The position numbers were made by a program, and so were the translations under genes. DNA of 63,850 nucleotides, filler included, from Dicyema japonicum (lineage: Eukaryota; Animalia; Dicyemida), in assembly GCA_011109175.1 (NCBI GenBank). It is 6 parts of 6 records of this genome, joined end to end, with 100 filler letters (N's around TTAATTAATTAA, not from the genome) between each part and the next. Parts side by side here need not be neighbours in the genome. Positions count along the whole stretch, not along the records: positions 28,591 to 54,794 come from RDEW01000170.1; positions 54,895 to 57,759 come from RDEW01000166.1; positions 57,860 to 61,212 come from RDEW01000077.1; 3 more parts are not named here. The stretch is one strand, 5' to 3'. Positions 48,746 through 61,312 of this stretch are shown in pieces (position 1 is the first letter of the stretch; the number at the start of each line of letters is the position of its first letter). The notes beneath the pieces are model-generated. The model had not been told where the DNA came from and did no database searches. It saw only the letters and a program-made list of their open reading frames with translations.

Positions 48746-48890
48746 ATGTAATATTAAAAAAAACTGGTAATAATTAGATAACTGGTAATATTAAAAAAAA
48801 CTGGTAATAATTAGATAACTGGTAATATTAAAAAAAACTGGTAATAATTAGATAACTGGTAATATTAAAAAAAACTGGTAATAATTAGAT
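48746..48890. repeat. 37-nt minisatellite, about 4 copies
   Basis: Unit gtaatattaaaaaaaactggtaataattagataactg. Confidence 0.9.
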
Positions 48891-49523
48891 ATATAATTCA
48901 TTAACCCAGAAAATTTAGAAAAGGTTAATAATAAGCAATTATTAAGTTATCAAGGTCTGAAAAGGGAGACCTTCAAATATTACATTCAAAAGCATCTAGA
49001 TACTATGAAAAAGGAAAAAACCTTCAGCACTGCTGTTGCGGATATCCTAAAACTAGAAATGATATTTTTCGTGCCACCTTTGACTCGACGAATTATGAAA
49101 GAAATGGATCATATGACACCAATATAGTAGAACATGGATAGAGAGGTAGCAGCTATCTTACTGTAAATATTTAATTGACTATCAGATTATGAATATCTGG
49201 GATTAAAAAATCTAAAAAATGTTATGTTTTGAGTTGCTAAAGCGATAAAATTTCATAGAAACCTGACAAATTGAAAAGAATAGCCTATAATCTCTAATTA
49301 TACTGAAGGACACTGAGAATTGCAACAAACTATGCCAATGACACTGAATTTATAATTTGAATGTCAATTGCATTACCAAAGAAATTAATCGTTTACCAGG
49401 GCTACCAGTCTCTCCAAATATAGAAGACAATTAACGAAACGAAGTGATGAGTGTTTTCCTCCGTTCTACCTGCTGTTACTTGATTTGTTCCTAATGCAAC
49501 TCTAATTATTTTATTCCATATAT

Positions 49524-49837
49524 AATAATAGCCTTTTTACGAGAGCCATAATATCTATAGCTCCGCTTAAGCAGGACACACACTTTATTTAAGTAAAGAA
49601 CAGTTAATTTTAACTAATCGCAGAACCAAGATCTTCACTTCTTTTTCTTTTTCTTATGTGTGGGTCCTTTCTAGACAATCCAGTTCTGCAGTGAGTATCC
49701 ACTGATGACGGCGTCACTCGTCAAACCTTTTTGGCATCGTAGATGCGTGGAACCTTCCACCAGGTGAACAGCAGCGAGAATCGAACCCGTAACATAAGTC
49801 ACTTTAGCCCGACACCTAACCACTACGCCACCCGACG
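49524..49837 (-). mobile_element. Full-length tRNA-derived SINE (314 bp) with a 9-bp TSD
   Basis: TSD tccatatat at 49515-49523 and 49838-49846. The paralogous empty site is at about 47125-47160. Confidence 0.95.
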
Positions 49838-49909
49838 TCCATATATTTTACTGAATAAAGAAAATTTATTGATAACAATTTTAACCGAGGAAGTAAAATT
49901 ATCTATTAG

Positions 49910-50354
49910 CTAACTAATTCTCATGTTAGACTCGTTTTTTCTCAAACAATCCCAGTAAAGTTTTAATGTCTTGGATGAAGCATTCACGTTTTGGACTAAC
50001 ATTTTTAGTGCTTGTTCAATATAAGGAATTTGCTCGCAATAAGTCTTTGGGTTATCTTTTTTAAATTTTTCATGAGGTTTGTGAAGATGCCCTAGTGAAT
50101 AATAATACATTATATTATTATATTCATCATAACAAATCTCTGGGTTCTCACTTAGAAGATCATTAACATGCTTTTGTGCATTTAAGTTACTTACCACATA
50201 AGTGTAATACTTTATTAGAAGCGAAAGAGCATCCCTTTCACATTCTTGAACTATTAAAGTCAACTATAATTAAATTACCTTCTATTCTTTGCTCTGGGAC
50301 CTGTGGTTTTCCTGACATTACTAAAGAAACGATTGATATCAGTAAAGGTAACAT
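49910..50354 (-). CDS. Secreted 4-Cys family, paralog 3 (28-nt intron at 50251-50278), intact
   Basis: Spliced: MLPLLISIVSLVMSGKPQVPEQRIEVQECERDAL...EICYDEY...SLGHLH...PKTYCEQIP...NASS...YWDCLRKNESNMRIS*. Confidence 0.85.
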
Positions 50355-51549
50355 TAATTAGCTGACGTATGTGTTTCTTTTATATTAATTAAATGTACGT
50401 GCATATTTAAAAATGTATTTCGCTCTCACATGAGATACATCTGAGAGAATATATCTGATGTAGACAACAAGATTATTGTCACCAATACAGATGCTCAAAC
50501 TAAGACTCCAATCAGTGAAAATCCCACATTGCCAGATTTATCGTAATATACTCCACATTCAAATCCTGTTGTTTAAACCTTTTCTAGGTGTTTTTGAGTT
50601 TTTTAAAGGCTTTGATTCTATCAATTCACTGATGATGCAATTCGTCGAATTCCGATCATAAGTGCATAAAACAGTTCCTTATTCAGAACTTTAGATGTAT
50701 CACTGCAAGATTAAATTCTGTCCCATATGGATTTATAACATGAGCCATCCCGTTTTGGGATTATTCGATAAGTTATTGTGAAGTAAATAAATTGTTAACG
50801 TTGATTTGTTCACAGGTAGAATGCAACCGTTTTTTGTATTTCTACAAAACAGGTTTTTTCAAGAGGTTTCCACTTTCAGATTTTTTTGGTCGAATATAAA
50901 GAAAAAAATCTCGAACTTATTTTCCACTGCAAGATGGACTATGTCTACACCATAGACGTGGAATAAAATTTTAGCTATTATTCATTTGTAGCTTACGACA
51001 GGTCATCCAAGCTTTTTACATTTTTTGCTGACCGAGATCGAATTCAGATCTTACATGCATTTAACCTCAAGACTATTCATCCACTAATGAGTTTTGAAAG
51101 ATGTAAAATTAGGTTAGAATGGACTGATTTATATTTTTATCTATATTTTACCACAATACAAATAGACATTACGTGCAATAGAGGTACGTTACTCCCTCAA
51201 CCTTCCGATCAATTAAGACTTTGTTTTATGATGGACAAAACGAATGTCTTCGTTCACGTGAGTATAGACGAAGTCAGGAATCATTAAAAACCAATGTTCT
51301 GAATAAGAGAAATGTCAGATTCGGTATCGTGTTGTGTCACAGCGCGTACGTTGCCTCAGCCCACATATGGTCGAGGCTAATAAAATTACAGAATTTTGTA
51401 TAGCAGAATCAACTTAAATATACCCAATATGTTTACCAACGATATTAAAAATTATTAGAACGCAAAAATTGATAGATCCAAATTAAAAAATAAACCACCA
51501 AATTGCACAAAGAAATGGTAATCCGTACTATATACATGAAACTTTAATT

Positions 51550-52020
51550 CTAAACACTAACCCTAACAATTAAATCCATCCAAAACCGCTAAATACTAGC
51601 CCTTCCAAAATCGTAGACACTAACCATAAACATTAACCCTAACCGTAACCAAAAACCCTAAACAGTAACCCTAACTAAAAACCCTAACCAAAAACCCAAA
51701 ACAGTAACCCAACCAAAAACCCTAACCAAAAACCCTTACAGTAATCCTAACTAATAACCCAAAAAATCCTAAACAGTAATCCTAACTAAAAACTCTAAGC
51801 ATTAGCCCTAAGCACTAACCCTAACCAAAAACCCTAAACATTAGCCATAACTAAAAACCCTAACTAAAAACCCTAAACATTAGCCATAACTAAAAACCCT
51901 AACAAAAATCCTAAACACTAATAAAACCCTAAGCATTAACCTAACCAAAAACCCTATTCAAAAACCCATAAACACAATTTTAACTAAAAACCCAAAACAT
52001 AAACTTACCCTTAAACCTTC
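51550..52020. repeat. Degenerate 13-nt array containing CCCTAA
   Basis: Units such as CCCTAACCAAAAA, CCCTAACTAAAAA and CCCTAAACAGTAA. Confidence 0.85.
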
Positions 52021-52469
52021 AAAAGTTAAATTATTAAACATAAATTACTAATTAAATTATTTAGCGTTTTCGATCACTTTAACTCGTGACCTGGGAATTT
52101 TTTCATTTTCATTGAGAAAACAATTATCACCCTCATTTTTGGATACTTCATAGATGGTGCAGTCAAGCTCATCGTACAGTGCCATTGTATGATGAGCTGG
52201 ATTTTCGCCATGATCTCCTTTTTTAAGGACCTTGTCACCAACTTTTAAAGTTTCTTCGTCGTTTCTCTACCTTCTTTTTCCAATCATCATTTGTGCTACT
52301 ACTAGCGTATATATTCGTGCCTCTCTTCTTGTTGCTTCATCCACTTCATAAGACAGAAATTCGACAAATCCTCCGGAATTGCTTCCTGTGGATACTTACA
52401 TCATATAAATATGAAGAATGGTATTTGTTTCGTTGTCTCGAATTGTTGTAATCAAAAACAATTTTTTTA

Positions 52470-53335
52470 AATGAAAAACATAACTCCCAAACTCTCCACT
52501 GGAAGCGGATGTGGAGGAAATCCATTTTTTATTTATTGGTTAGATCCGTAATTGATTTGACAAGACAGCGTCCAGCTTCCAAGGTGTAAGGGGACGTAAG
52601 GTCCTTAACATGGCCAGGAAGTAGCGATTCCAAGCCTCCACCGCTGCTAGCGGCGAAGGAAGTTATTCCGTGGCGCACTTCGGATTCTGTAATGATTCCT
52701 TCAGGATTCAAAAACTTTTCATAGTCAGTCGGTGCATCTGGGTGCTTCGGTATTAATGTATTTATGACCTCGGGGGTACAAGACAGTACTGTGTCATCGG
52801 ACGTGATAACCCGTAATGCTGCCCTCCAGAAATTTACGGTTTACTCTCTCCATAGTTTGTTGCGAGCATCTTTGGTTTATGCTCCTCTGGTTTCGACCTC
52901 ATTGACATTAAGTGGCTGTTCAAGTATTGCGTGTATGTTATGACAACTAAAATTCATTATGTTTTGTTTCAGTTTCCCGGATAAGTTGAGTCGGGAGATT
53001 GTTTCTTTATTACTATCCTCAGATTCCTTTGTAGGTATTCGAGTGCGACAGGTGCAAAGCATGTAAGATTTAGCCAGGATTCCCAACTGTCAGAAGATAG
53101 TGCGTGATGAATGGCATTTGAAAGACACGTTGCTGCTGCAATTCGTACTCCTTTAGGGATTTTTACTGGGATCTTCATGGCTTTTTGAGTTTCGAGATCT
53201 TCAAGAGAGTGTGGTCTGTATGTGGCAGTGCAAAATTTGGCTGAGCTATTTTTTCCCGCCTGGGGGCCTCCATTCCAATACAAGAGGGGCACAGCCAACT
53301 CGACAGCGTCTCGGCGCAAGCTTTACTCATTTTTA
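52470..53335 (-). mobile_element. CRE 5'/central fragment, with PHD end and RT start
   Basis: WLCPSC, KIPVKIPKGVRIAAATCL, ALRVITSDDTV and TSFAASSGGGLESLLPGHVKDL parallel 3650-4500. Confidence 0.88.
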
Positions 53336-55609
53336 AGCATTACAATATACGAATGATTCACATAGTGTGCAGTTTATTCCTAATTTCCTTTTATTCGATT
53401 ATCCACATTAAAGACATACCCGATTTGTCCGTACTGGTTTTGTTCCTCGTTCTTTATTTTCCATCTGAGATTATTGTTGATCACACCACACCACCGAAGT
53501 GCCTTTTTATATTTTTTGGTTAGATCTAAATTTATAATTTCTTTTTTACCTCTCTACTTGACCTTGTATCCATGGAGCACGCGGTCTCCCAAAGGCAAAT
53601 TTGACCCTAAGCTCCATCAACATTTCGGTCATCAATTTATTTTTAAATTCTTTTCCGTTATCCGTGTGTAGTAATAACGGGGGGCCATATGTATAAAAAC
53701 TTTTGAAAAGTTTTAACTACTTCCTTTGAATTTTTGTTATAGAGAGTTTCGACCATACCAAATTAGCTGAAACAATCAACAACTGTCAAAAGCTACAGAA
53801 AATTAATGAGAAAAAATACCCATGAATAACCCAAGTTTTTGTCAGAATAACGTCGCAAATCGATCAGATCGGCTATATATCTGTCGCGTGGGTATTTTTC
53901 CACAATTGGTGTTATCCGAGGTTTTGTTTCCAAAAGCCTCGTAGACACACAAAATGGACACCGTTTTAAAATATCTTCAACTTCGTTCTTTGTCACATTG
54001 TAGTACAGCTTTTTGAAAATACTAAAATGTCTGTTCCTGCCTATGTGGGATTTGTTGTGTTCAGACTAAAAACTTAAAGATTGAATATACCTTAATCGTT
54101 TTAGCTCTAGTTCGTCGTTTCAAAAAATCGTAATTTATAATTTGTTTCCTACAAATGAGCAATTATAAATATACGTAGATATATGGCACATCGATTCCAA
54201 ACGTAAAACTAGTGGCAAGCCTTTTATAACGCCCCTTATCAGATATTGCCAGATGTGAAAGGGACGAGTCAAATTCTTTAAATTCCTTAATTATTTTCAG
54301 ATCGTGAAAAAACAATCTAAGAACAAAAACCATCAGTCGAGTTTTAATAAAAGCGTGCTAAATATTTTTTTTTAATAATTTAAATTAATTATTATTAAGA
54401 AACATTTTATATATTAAAAACTAAGTATTTTGATACTGTACCCATTCTTCAATTTTTTTTCAAAAAACTAAAAAAATAATTATTTTAAAATAAAAATATA
54501 TATTTTTAATCCTTATCCAAACGAACAAAAATATATAATTATTTTATTAAATGATTAAAATCATTGACCACGTGTTGGCTGATACCACGTAATGTATGAC
54601 CGTGACATAATATAATAAAGGTAAGACCGAACTAACCAATTCCTTGATTCTTCGCTAGGGAGTAAATTTTCTCCCAGAGGAATGAATAGATGGAACTTTT
54701 GAATACCGGTCAGGCTTTGGCGTCTCCTGAGTAAGATGGATCCATTGACAACATCACAGGGAAGGAAGAGAAATTTAAAGCCAATTAACCGTATNNNNNN
54801 NNNNNNNNNNNNNNNNNNNNNNNNNNNNNNNNNNNNNNTTAATTAATTAANNNNNNNNNNNNNNNNNNNNNNNNNNNNNNNNNNNNNNNNNNNNATAGAT
54901 TTGCTGTAATTTTTTAAATTAAATATATTTCTGTTCAAAAAACACAAAATTCACTCTAAAATGATCCTCGCCGATATAATCGAAGTTGAATTGCTTTTGG
55001 CTACCGTAATTCAGACTTAAGATGCCCTCGATTCTCAGGTGTTTAGAGGCTTTTTATTGTAGCTAGACGTCCAAGTTTAGATAAGAAACGAAGCAATTTC
55101 CTTTCTTATATTTCTAATTGTCTAACTATCATTAAGAAGAATGTGAACCGATCCGGCAACGTTTATATATTTTCTTATTTGCCTTTATTTTTTTTATTTG
55201 TTTTCTTTTCAAGACAACGTGTTTATTTGAGAATGCAATGCCACATCAATATGACCACCTAGCCAAATAACAGAATACGACCAAACGTTAATAAATTTTT
55301 ATGAAAGACATTTAATTCACATATTAACTTAGAGTTCTGTAATTCTATTAATTATTCAAATATTATTCTACAGTACATAAACAGAGGTGCTAATCGGCAA
55401 TTTTTACCATGGGATTAGATGGGAAGGATAAAGTCCTAGAATATTAACATGATACAAAATTAAATTGGAATGTAGAAAATAAACTTTAAGCAATAGACTA
55501 CCGATGACACTCGTATTGATAACATACCGTATTACAAACTGCATTGACTAAGAAGGACTTAGAAACATGTCGTATTACAAGAAACATACCGCATTACAAA
55601 CTGTAATGG

Positions 55610-55850
55610 AATCAAATCTCGAACAATTGCTGGAGAAGAAGGCTTACTCGATCCAATGATATTATGAGAAACCTGGTAAGATTTTCTGAATTTCTTTAAT
55701 AAATATGATTCCAGTGACGTATACAACTGTGACGAAACTGGATTGTTTTTTAAATGTCCTCCAAAAAATATATTAATTTTAAATGAACAAGACATGCAAC
55801 TGGGAAATTTTCAAAGGAGCGTATAACAGTGCCTATATGTTGTAGTGTGT
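55610..55850 (+). mobile_element. pogo/Tigger transposase remnant
   Basis: KYDSSDVYNCDETGLFFKCPP...KERITV. Confidence 0.85.
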
Positions 55851-55859
55851 CGTTAATTA

Positions 55860-56085
55860 TTGGAAATTTTTTTTAACAAAATAATTTTTTTAACAATTAA
55901 ACAAATGTCAGTTGAGGAAGCCTGCTGCGCGGATTGCGAACGAGTTCCCTCGAGTATGGCCATTCCAATCTTTTGTCTTAGCCATAACCTTTCTCGTTGA
56001 TCCCTTTTCTTTCTGGCTAGCATTCCTCCGAGTTCTCGCAAGAACTCAGCCGTCATTCGATTAACGGCTCCCGATGATTCGGTTT
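55860..56085 (-). mobile_element. CRE 3' fragment inserted into the Tigger remnant
   Basis: Near-identical to 34740-34950. Confidence 0.85.
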
Positions 56086-57139
56086 TTTTAATACAAATAA
56101 TCTTAAGTTTTGAATCTATTCGCAATAAATACTTTAAATTCGTATTCAAATTGAGCTATATAAATAATAAAATAATGTAACTCCGAAGTAAAACTAAACT
56201 AACCCCTTAATCCAGACATGTTCCATTGATTCCAGAAATTGTCTCCAGTTAATGATATTGTTGCCGGTGGAAGAAAAGTTGGATTCTTTTGATGCCGATG
56301 AGGAATTGGAATTTTCTTAATAAGGTGGATTCAATAACAGCATCAGAGGGACGGAAAATAAATTTTAACTAACTAGCCGTATAACACAACATGTCGACAA
56401 GCGGCCTTTTTTTAAATAGGTTTTAATGTAAACTGTGATAATTTCGAAAATAAATTTTAACTAACTAGCCGTATAACACAACATGTCGACAAGCGGCCTT
56501 TTTTTAAATAGGTTTTAATGTAAACTGTGATAATTTCAAACGTGAAATAAAAATGATAGTAATCTACAGGTGTTTAATATTTTATTTTTAACTAAAATAA
56601 TCTCGATTCGTTGTCTTAGTCCGAATGATTCGCAGGGTAATTTTTCTCAACTTTTCGTTTCTTTCAGAAAGGGCACAGTGAGGAATCCTACGGCTCCCTA
56701 AGTTCTATAGCCACGGAAAAATAATATTTATTACATGTTATTTCTAGACTAGTTGTCTCTCTTATTATCAGAATTAGACTATAAAATCCAAATTACTACA
56801 TAATCTCAACTAAAGAATTAATTTATTCGATATATACAATAGATAAAAGTTAAAAATAATCAAATAATTATGTCTATTGTCCCATAGTCGTAGTTGCGAA
56901 AAGTCCTTCAACCAAAAGTCTATCCAGAATCACAGTTTTGGAGACTCATCAAAAAATGATCCAGCTTAGTGGAAAAGAGATAATGATCCTTTTTGGTATA
57001 CATTTTTATAAAAATTAAAAGAAAACTAAAATAAATATTTTAAATTAAAAATTAAATATTATTTTTTAAAATTCAACAAGGAAATTTTTAAATTGATATG
57101 GAGTCCTAATTTTTAATCGTAGATTGAATTAAAATAGAA

Positions 57140-57640
57140 TATAACAACGATTAATGGGATTGAAATTCACTTCCCTTACACTCTATATGCCCCACAGATA
57201 ACATTCACGCCCGTGTAGAAGTAAAGATTTTATTTGTTGCTGAGTTTCTGAAAAATGTATGTCTTATTTTTTGTGGAAGAATACAAACGGACTTTTAGAA
57301 ATCCACACCGGGACCGGGAAAACTTTATCTCTGCTTTGCTGATCTTAGTTGCTTTACAACTTAAATACATTACCAGATTACTTGGTACTCCGAACGATGT
57401 TAATTTTCCAAAAATAATATACTATTCTTGTAAACATTCTCAGCATAATCACGCGGTCGGTGAATTCAAGAGGACTATATTTGATGATTTGTATATTTGA
57501 TGGGAATGTATTAGAATGAAGACTTGCGTTATTGCCTCGAGAGACCAAATGTGGATCCATTCTGTTGTCAAGAAAGAAAGTTCCAACAACGCTAAAGACA
57601 ATATGTACCAACTCTAAGCTTGGTCCCGTACAATTTAGAT
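57140..57640 (+). pseudogene. RTEL1: RTEL1-like (Rad3/XPD family) helicase 5' fragment, decayed
   Basis: INGIEIHFPY, NGLLEIHTGTGKTLSLLC* (Walker A, compare ESPTGTGKTL), PKIIYYSCKHSQ and CVIASRDQMWIHSVVKKE follow the remembered RTEL1 order. In-frame stops are present. Confidence 0.75.
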
Positions 57641-57964
57641 TAAGGTAAAATATTTTATTTTTTCTAAATTTCAATTATTTGTAATTTTATTATTTTTTAA
57701 GAGAATTTTTAATTAAATTTTATTTAAATTTTTTAAATAATTACTTATTGACTCCGTGGNNNNNNNNNNNNNNNNNNNNNNNNNNNNNNNNNNNNNNNNN
57801 NNNTTAATTAATTAANNNNNNNNNNNNNNNNNNNNNNNNNNNNNNNNNNNNNNNNNNNNCAGCCAAAATATATAGAATATTTTATACAACATATTTGTAA
57901 TATGTAGGGCGATTTCTGTCAAAAAGTCAATTGATTAGAAATGTTTTTACTTAAATAAAGCAAT

Positions 57965-58110
57965 TGAAGGACAAAGTTGTTCCGATAGTACTCACCTGAG
58001 ACGTCCTTATAACTCGTTTCAAACCAATGCTTAGAAAGTGATTTTCTTTTTTCAGCAATGCTAACAGTCGATTTGTCTATGATGAAAAAAATATAGAGAA
58101 AAAAGTGAGT
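57965..58110 (+). mobile_element. R4/NeSL-like C-terminal remnant
   Basis: VVPIVLT*DVLITRF resembles the IIP.VLTWDG motif of the family seen at 31118. Confidence 0.45.
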
Positions 58111-59404
58111 ATAGTTTAATAGCGTGAACTCTATGGCTTGGATCTACTGTCCCCTATAACGTGCTGCTCGGGCGGTTGCCCTTATGATCCCCTTTTAGGT
58201 ACCCCCTGCTACCAAGGAAATTTTAACACCATTATGTCTAATATTTACTTTGGAATTTTACTCTCAAAGATTCGACGCCTTCTATAAACACGTGGCTCAT
58301 CAATCAGGAAATGGATCTCAAAATTCTTGAAAACTGCTCATTTATTTTAGAATCCAAATTCGTTTTGATCAGCGTACATAGAATCCATCTCCATCTCCCT
58401 AAGAGTTAAAAAAAAGGGGGGACATTCTGCTTCTTGTTTTAGTAGTTGAAATGTGTCTGTCAACGTAAGATCATATTTTTCTGTTCATAGAAATAGTATA
58501 GTTTAAGACGTAAGAGGAGAAATCCGACTCAATACCAGGTTTTCATATTTTTCCTGGCACTAAAACAAAAACTACGGAAATTAAACTTCAGTGATCCTAA
58601 AAATGCCATCAAAAAGACAAAAAGCAGCCCGTAGTACTGACATTGTCATTGTGAGGCAAATTTGTCCCCAATTTCTGCAAATAAATAAATGCCACTCAAA
58701 TTGAATTTAAATACTTTTTCTTCATTTCATTATCATCCAAATTTCCTCAATTTTTAAATTTTTGGGACTCCCTAAAGCCGTAAGCTTTTTTCTCGAGTCT
58801 GCCCTGGAAATTGTGTGCATTAAGGAGTCGAATACTACATGTAAAACTTTCATGGATACTTGTGAGACAAAAGGATCACTGAGGCCTCTCTTTGGGAAAA
58901 TATGGCTGTTAAAGATGGCTATTCTGGCTGTAAATATTTGCTCCTGTCGGTTTGGGTGAAACTCTCCTTTATAAATGTTTCTTTATATCCCCCGTAGCTA
59001 CCGTCACTGAACTTCTCAAAATACGTACTAGAAACAGTTGTTTTATGAGTAAATCAGAAACTAATATTTTGTCTAACAAATGTCTAACAACAGGGGATAA
59101 AGAAAAAAGTGGATTCAGCTAAAGTCGAGCATTTTGTCATCAAAGCATTAAAAGTGTTTTTAATCCTTCGTCTTATATACCTGTCTCCTTTCTCTACGTG
59201 GTATCGAAGATTCTGGAGAGAATAGTACTAAATTCAATTTAGTGTTACTTCATCCTGGGTGGTGTAATGTATCTAAAAATGATTTCCAAAGAACACTGAA
59301 AAACCTCACTTCCGTAAAGAACCTGGATTGAAATATACACGGCTTCGTGTCTACCCGTGACATACGGAATTTTTAAAACAATAAAAATCTTGGGCATAGA
59401 TCTG

Positions 59405-59817
59405 AGAGCTTAGTGGTTAGGTGTCGGGCTTAAGTGGCTTAGGCTACGGGTTCGAATCTTGCTGCTGTTCACCTGGTGGAAGGTTCCACGCATCTACGAT
59501 GCAGAAATGGTTTGACGAGTGACGCCGTCATCAGTGAATACTCACAAGAAAAAGAAAAAAGATTGTCTAAAAAGGACACTCACACAAGANTGGATTTAAA
59601 AATAAAAATATCAGCTTTTTAAATTTGACATGTATTAATTTCCCGGGTGGCTTAGTGGTTAGGTGTCGGGCTTAAGTGGCTTAGGCTACGGGTTCGAATC
59701 TCGCTGCTGTTCACCTGGTGGAAGGTTCCACGCATCTACGATGCAGAAATGGTTTGACGAGTGACGCCGTCATCAGTGAATACTCACTGCGGAACTGGAT
59801 TTGTCTAGAAAGGACAC
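59405..59817 (+). mobile_element. SINE present twice (59405-59589 and 59641-59817) around single-N joins
   Basis: Both copies carry the A/B-box head and the body. The duplication is probably an assembly overlap. Confidence 0.85.
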
Positions 59818-61312
59818 NCATCTCCAACAATCACACACTTAATATGCTCCATTGCAAGATTAAATTTAAGTAAGTTTAAATATTTATTTAATTATGGTTA
59901 GCCACTCTAAAATAATAAGCAATTAGAGAAACGAATATCTAATAAATTAAATGATTTTTAAATTTAAATATAAAAAGAATTTAAAAATAATTACATTAGT
60001 GGATTTAAAAATAAAAATATCAGCTTTTTAAACTTGACATGTATTAATTTTGCACCGAATTTAACATTCCTAGAAATTAATGAATTATTTACTAAAATAT
60101 GATATTTGAAAATCCAACAAAAACATTTTTAATTGTTATTTAAAAATCATTAATTTAATCCGAAATTTATAATATTCTTTTAATCTCATTATATTTCAAA
60201 ATTTAAGCGCCAATTAAAATCAATTTATGTAGTAACCAACTTTTACTTATCTATGACTAGCTGTTTCCCTATAAGTTTCATTCGGAAACGTGAAACCCCA
60301 AAATGTGCCCCCAATTCAGCGTTAGAGATCTTAGAAGCTCCAATATGTGNTTTACTAAAATGAAAATCCAACAAAAACATTTTTAATTGTTATTTAAAAA
60401 TCATTAATTTAATCCGAAATTTATAATATTCTTTTAATCTCATTATATTTCAAAATTTAAGCGCCAAATAAAATCAATTTATGTAGTAACCAACTTTTAC
60501 TTATCTATGTCTAGCTGTTTCCCTATAAGTTTTATTCGGAAACGTGAAACCCCAAAATGTGCCCCTAATTCAGCGTTAGAGATCTTAGAAGCTCCAATAT
60601 GTGCTGTAGGACATATTCTACACAACTTGAATTACATAGCAAACCAGGAGTCGCGCTATATCGAAGAGAGTCAAAATTGATGAAGAAACCTAAGTACAGA
60701 ATTAAGAAAATCGGATTAACAGCTTTTCCCTAAGCAAACTTGCATAAAAACATATTTACAAGTCCACCTGGGAAGTTGCGTGAGTACAAACTATTAAGTA
60801 AGCACCTGAAGGACCACTCGTATGGATTTCCTCATAGTTGATTCGAGAGAAAATATCCATAATCCTCTAATTAACTTGGCAANAACTTGCATGAAAACAT
60901 ATTTCAAGTCCACCTGGGAAGTTGCGTAAGTACAAACTATTAAGTAAGCGACCTGAAGGACCACTCGTATGTATTTCCTCATAGTTGATTTGAGAGAAAA
61001 TATCCATAATCCTCTAATTAACTTGGCAATATCTCTTCTTTATATAGATGTCGATATTTATCTCAAACTTTAACATAAAGCTTCCAGGATATTTCCATAC
61101 TGGAGAACAGGATTCCAATAAAGTGTGCATCTTCTATATCTGGTGTTGCTCATTGTTCTTGATCTTCAATAACTGTCGTTTAAACACCCATTAGTGATAA
61201 CATAATCCTCAANNNNNNNNNNNNNNNNNNNNNNNNNNNNNNNNNNNNNNNNNNNNTTAATTAATTAANNNNNNNNNNNNNNNNNNNNNNNNNNNNNNNN
61301 NNNNNNNNNNNN

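Larger units (their letters stand above)
51335..54607 (-). mobile_element. Second Ginger-like integrase element, interrupted by a CRE fragment
   Basis: HIGRNR...VTKNEVEDILKRCPFC, DRYIADLIDL, TVVDCFS, HTDNGKEF, GRPRAPWIQGQVER and C-terminal LKVGDKV. Candidate ends TGTCAC (51335) and GTGACA (54607) match over only about 6 bp, with no TSD. Confidence 0.7.

Noticed and set aside
48746-48890. CRISPR-like array
   Set aside because: The units are head-to-tail with no unique spacers, there are no cas genes, and the context is eukaryotic.
49695-49730. Hammerhead-like CTGATGA...stem...AAAC in the SINE antisense strand
   Set aside because: The required GAAA is CAAA, I found no convincing stems I/III or cleavage triplet, and it is antisense to the Pol III direction.
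51550-52020. True chromosome end or canonical (TTAGGG)n telomere
   Set aside because: The array is internal, degenerate and has a 13-nt period. It is kept only as a telomere-like array.
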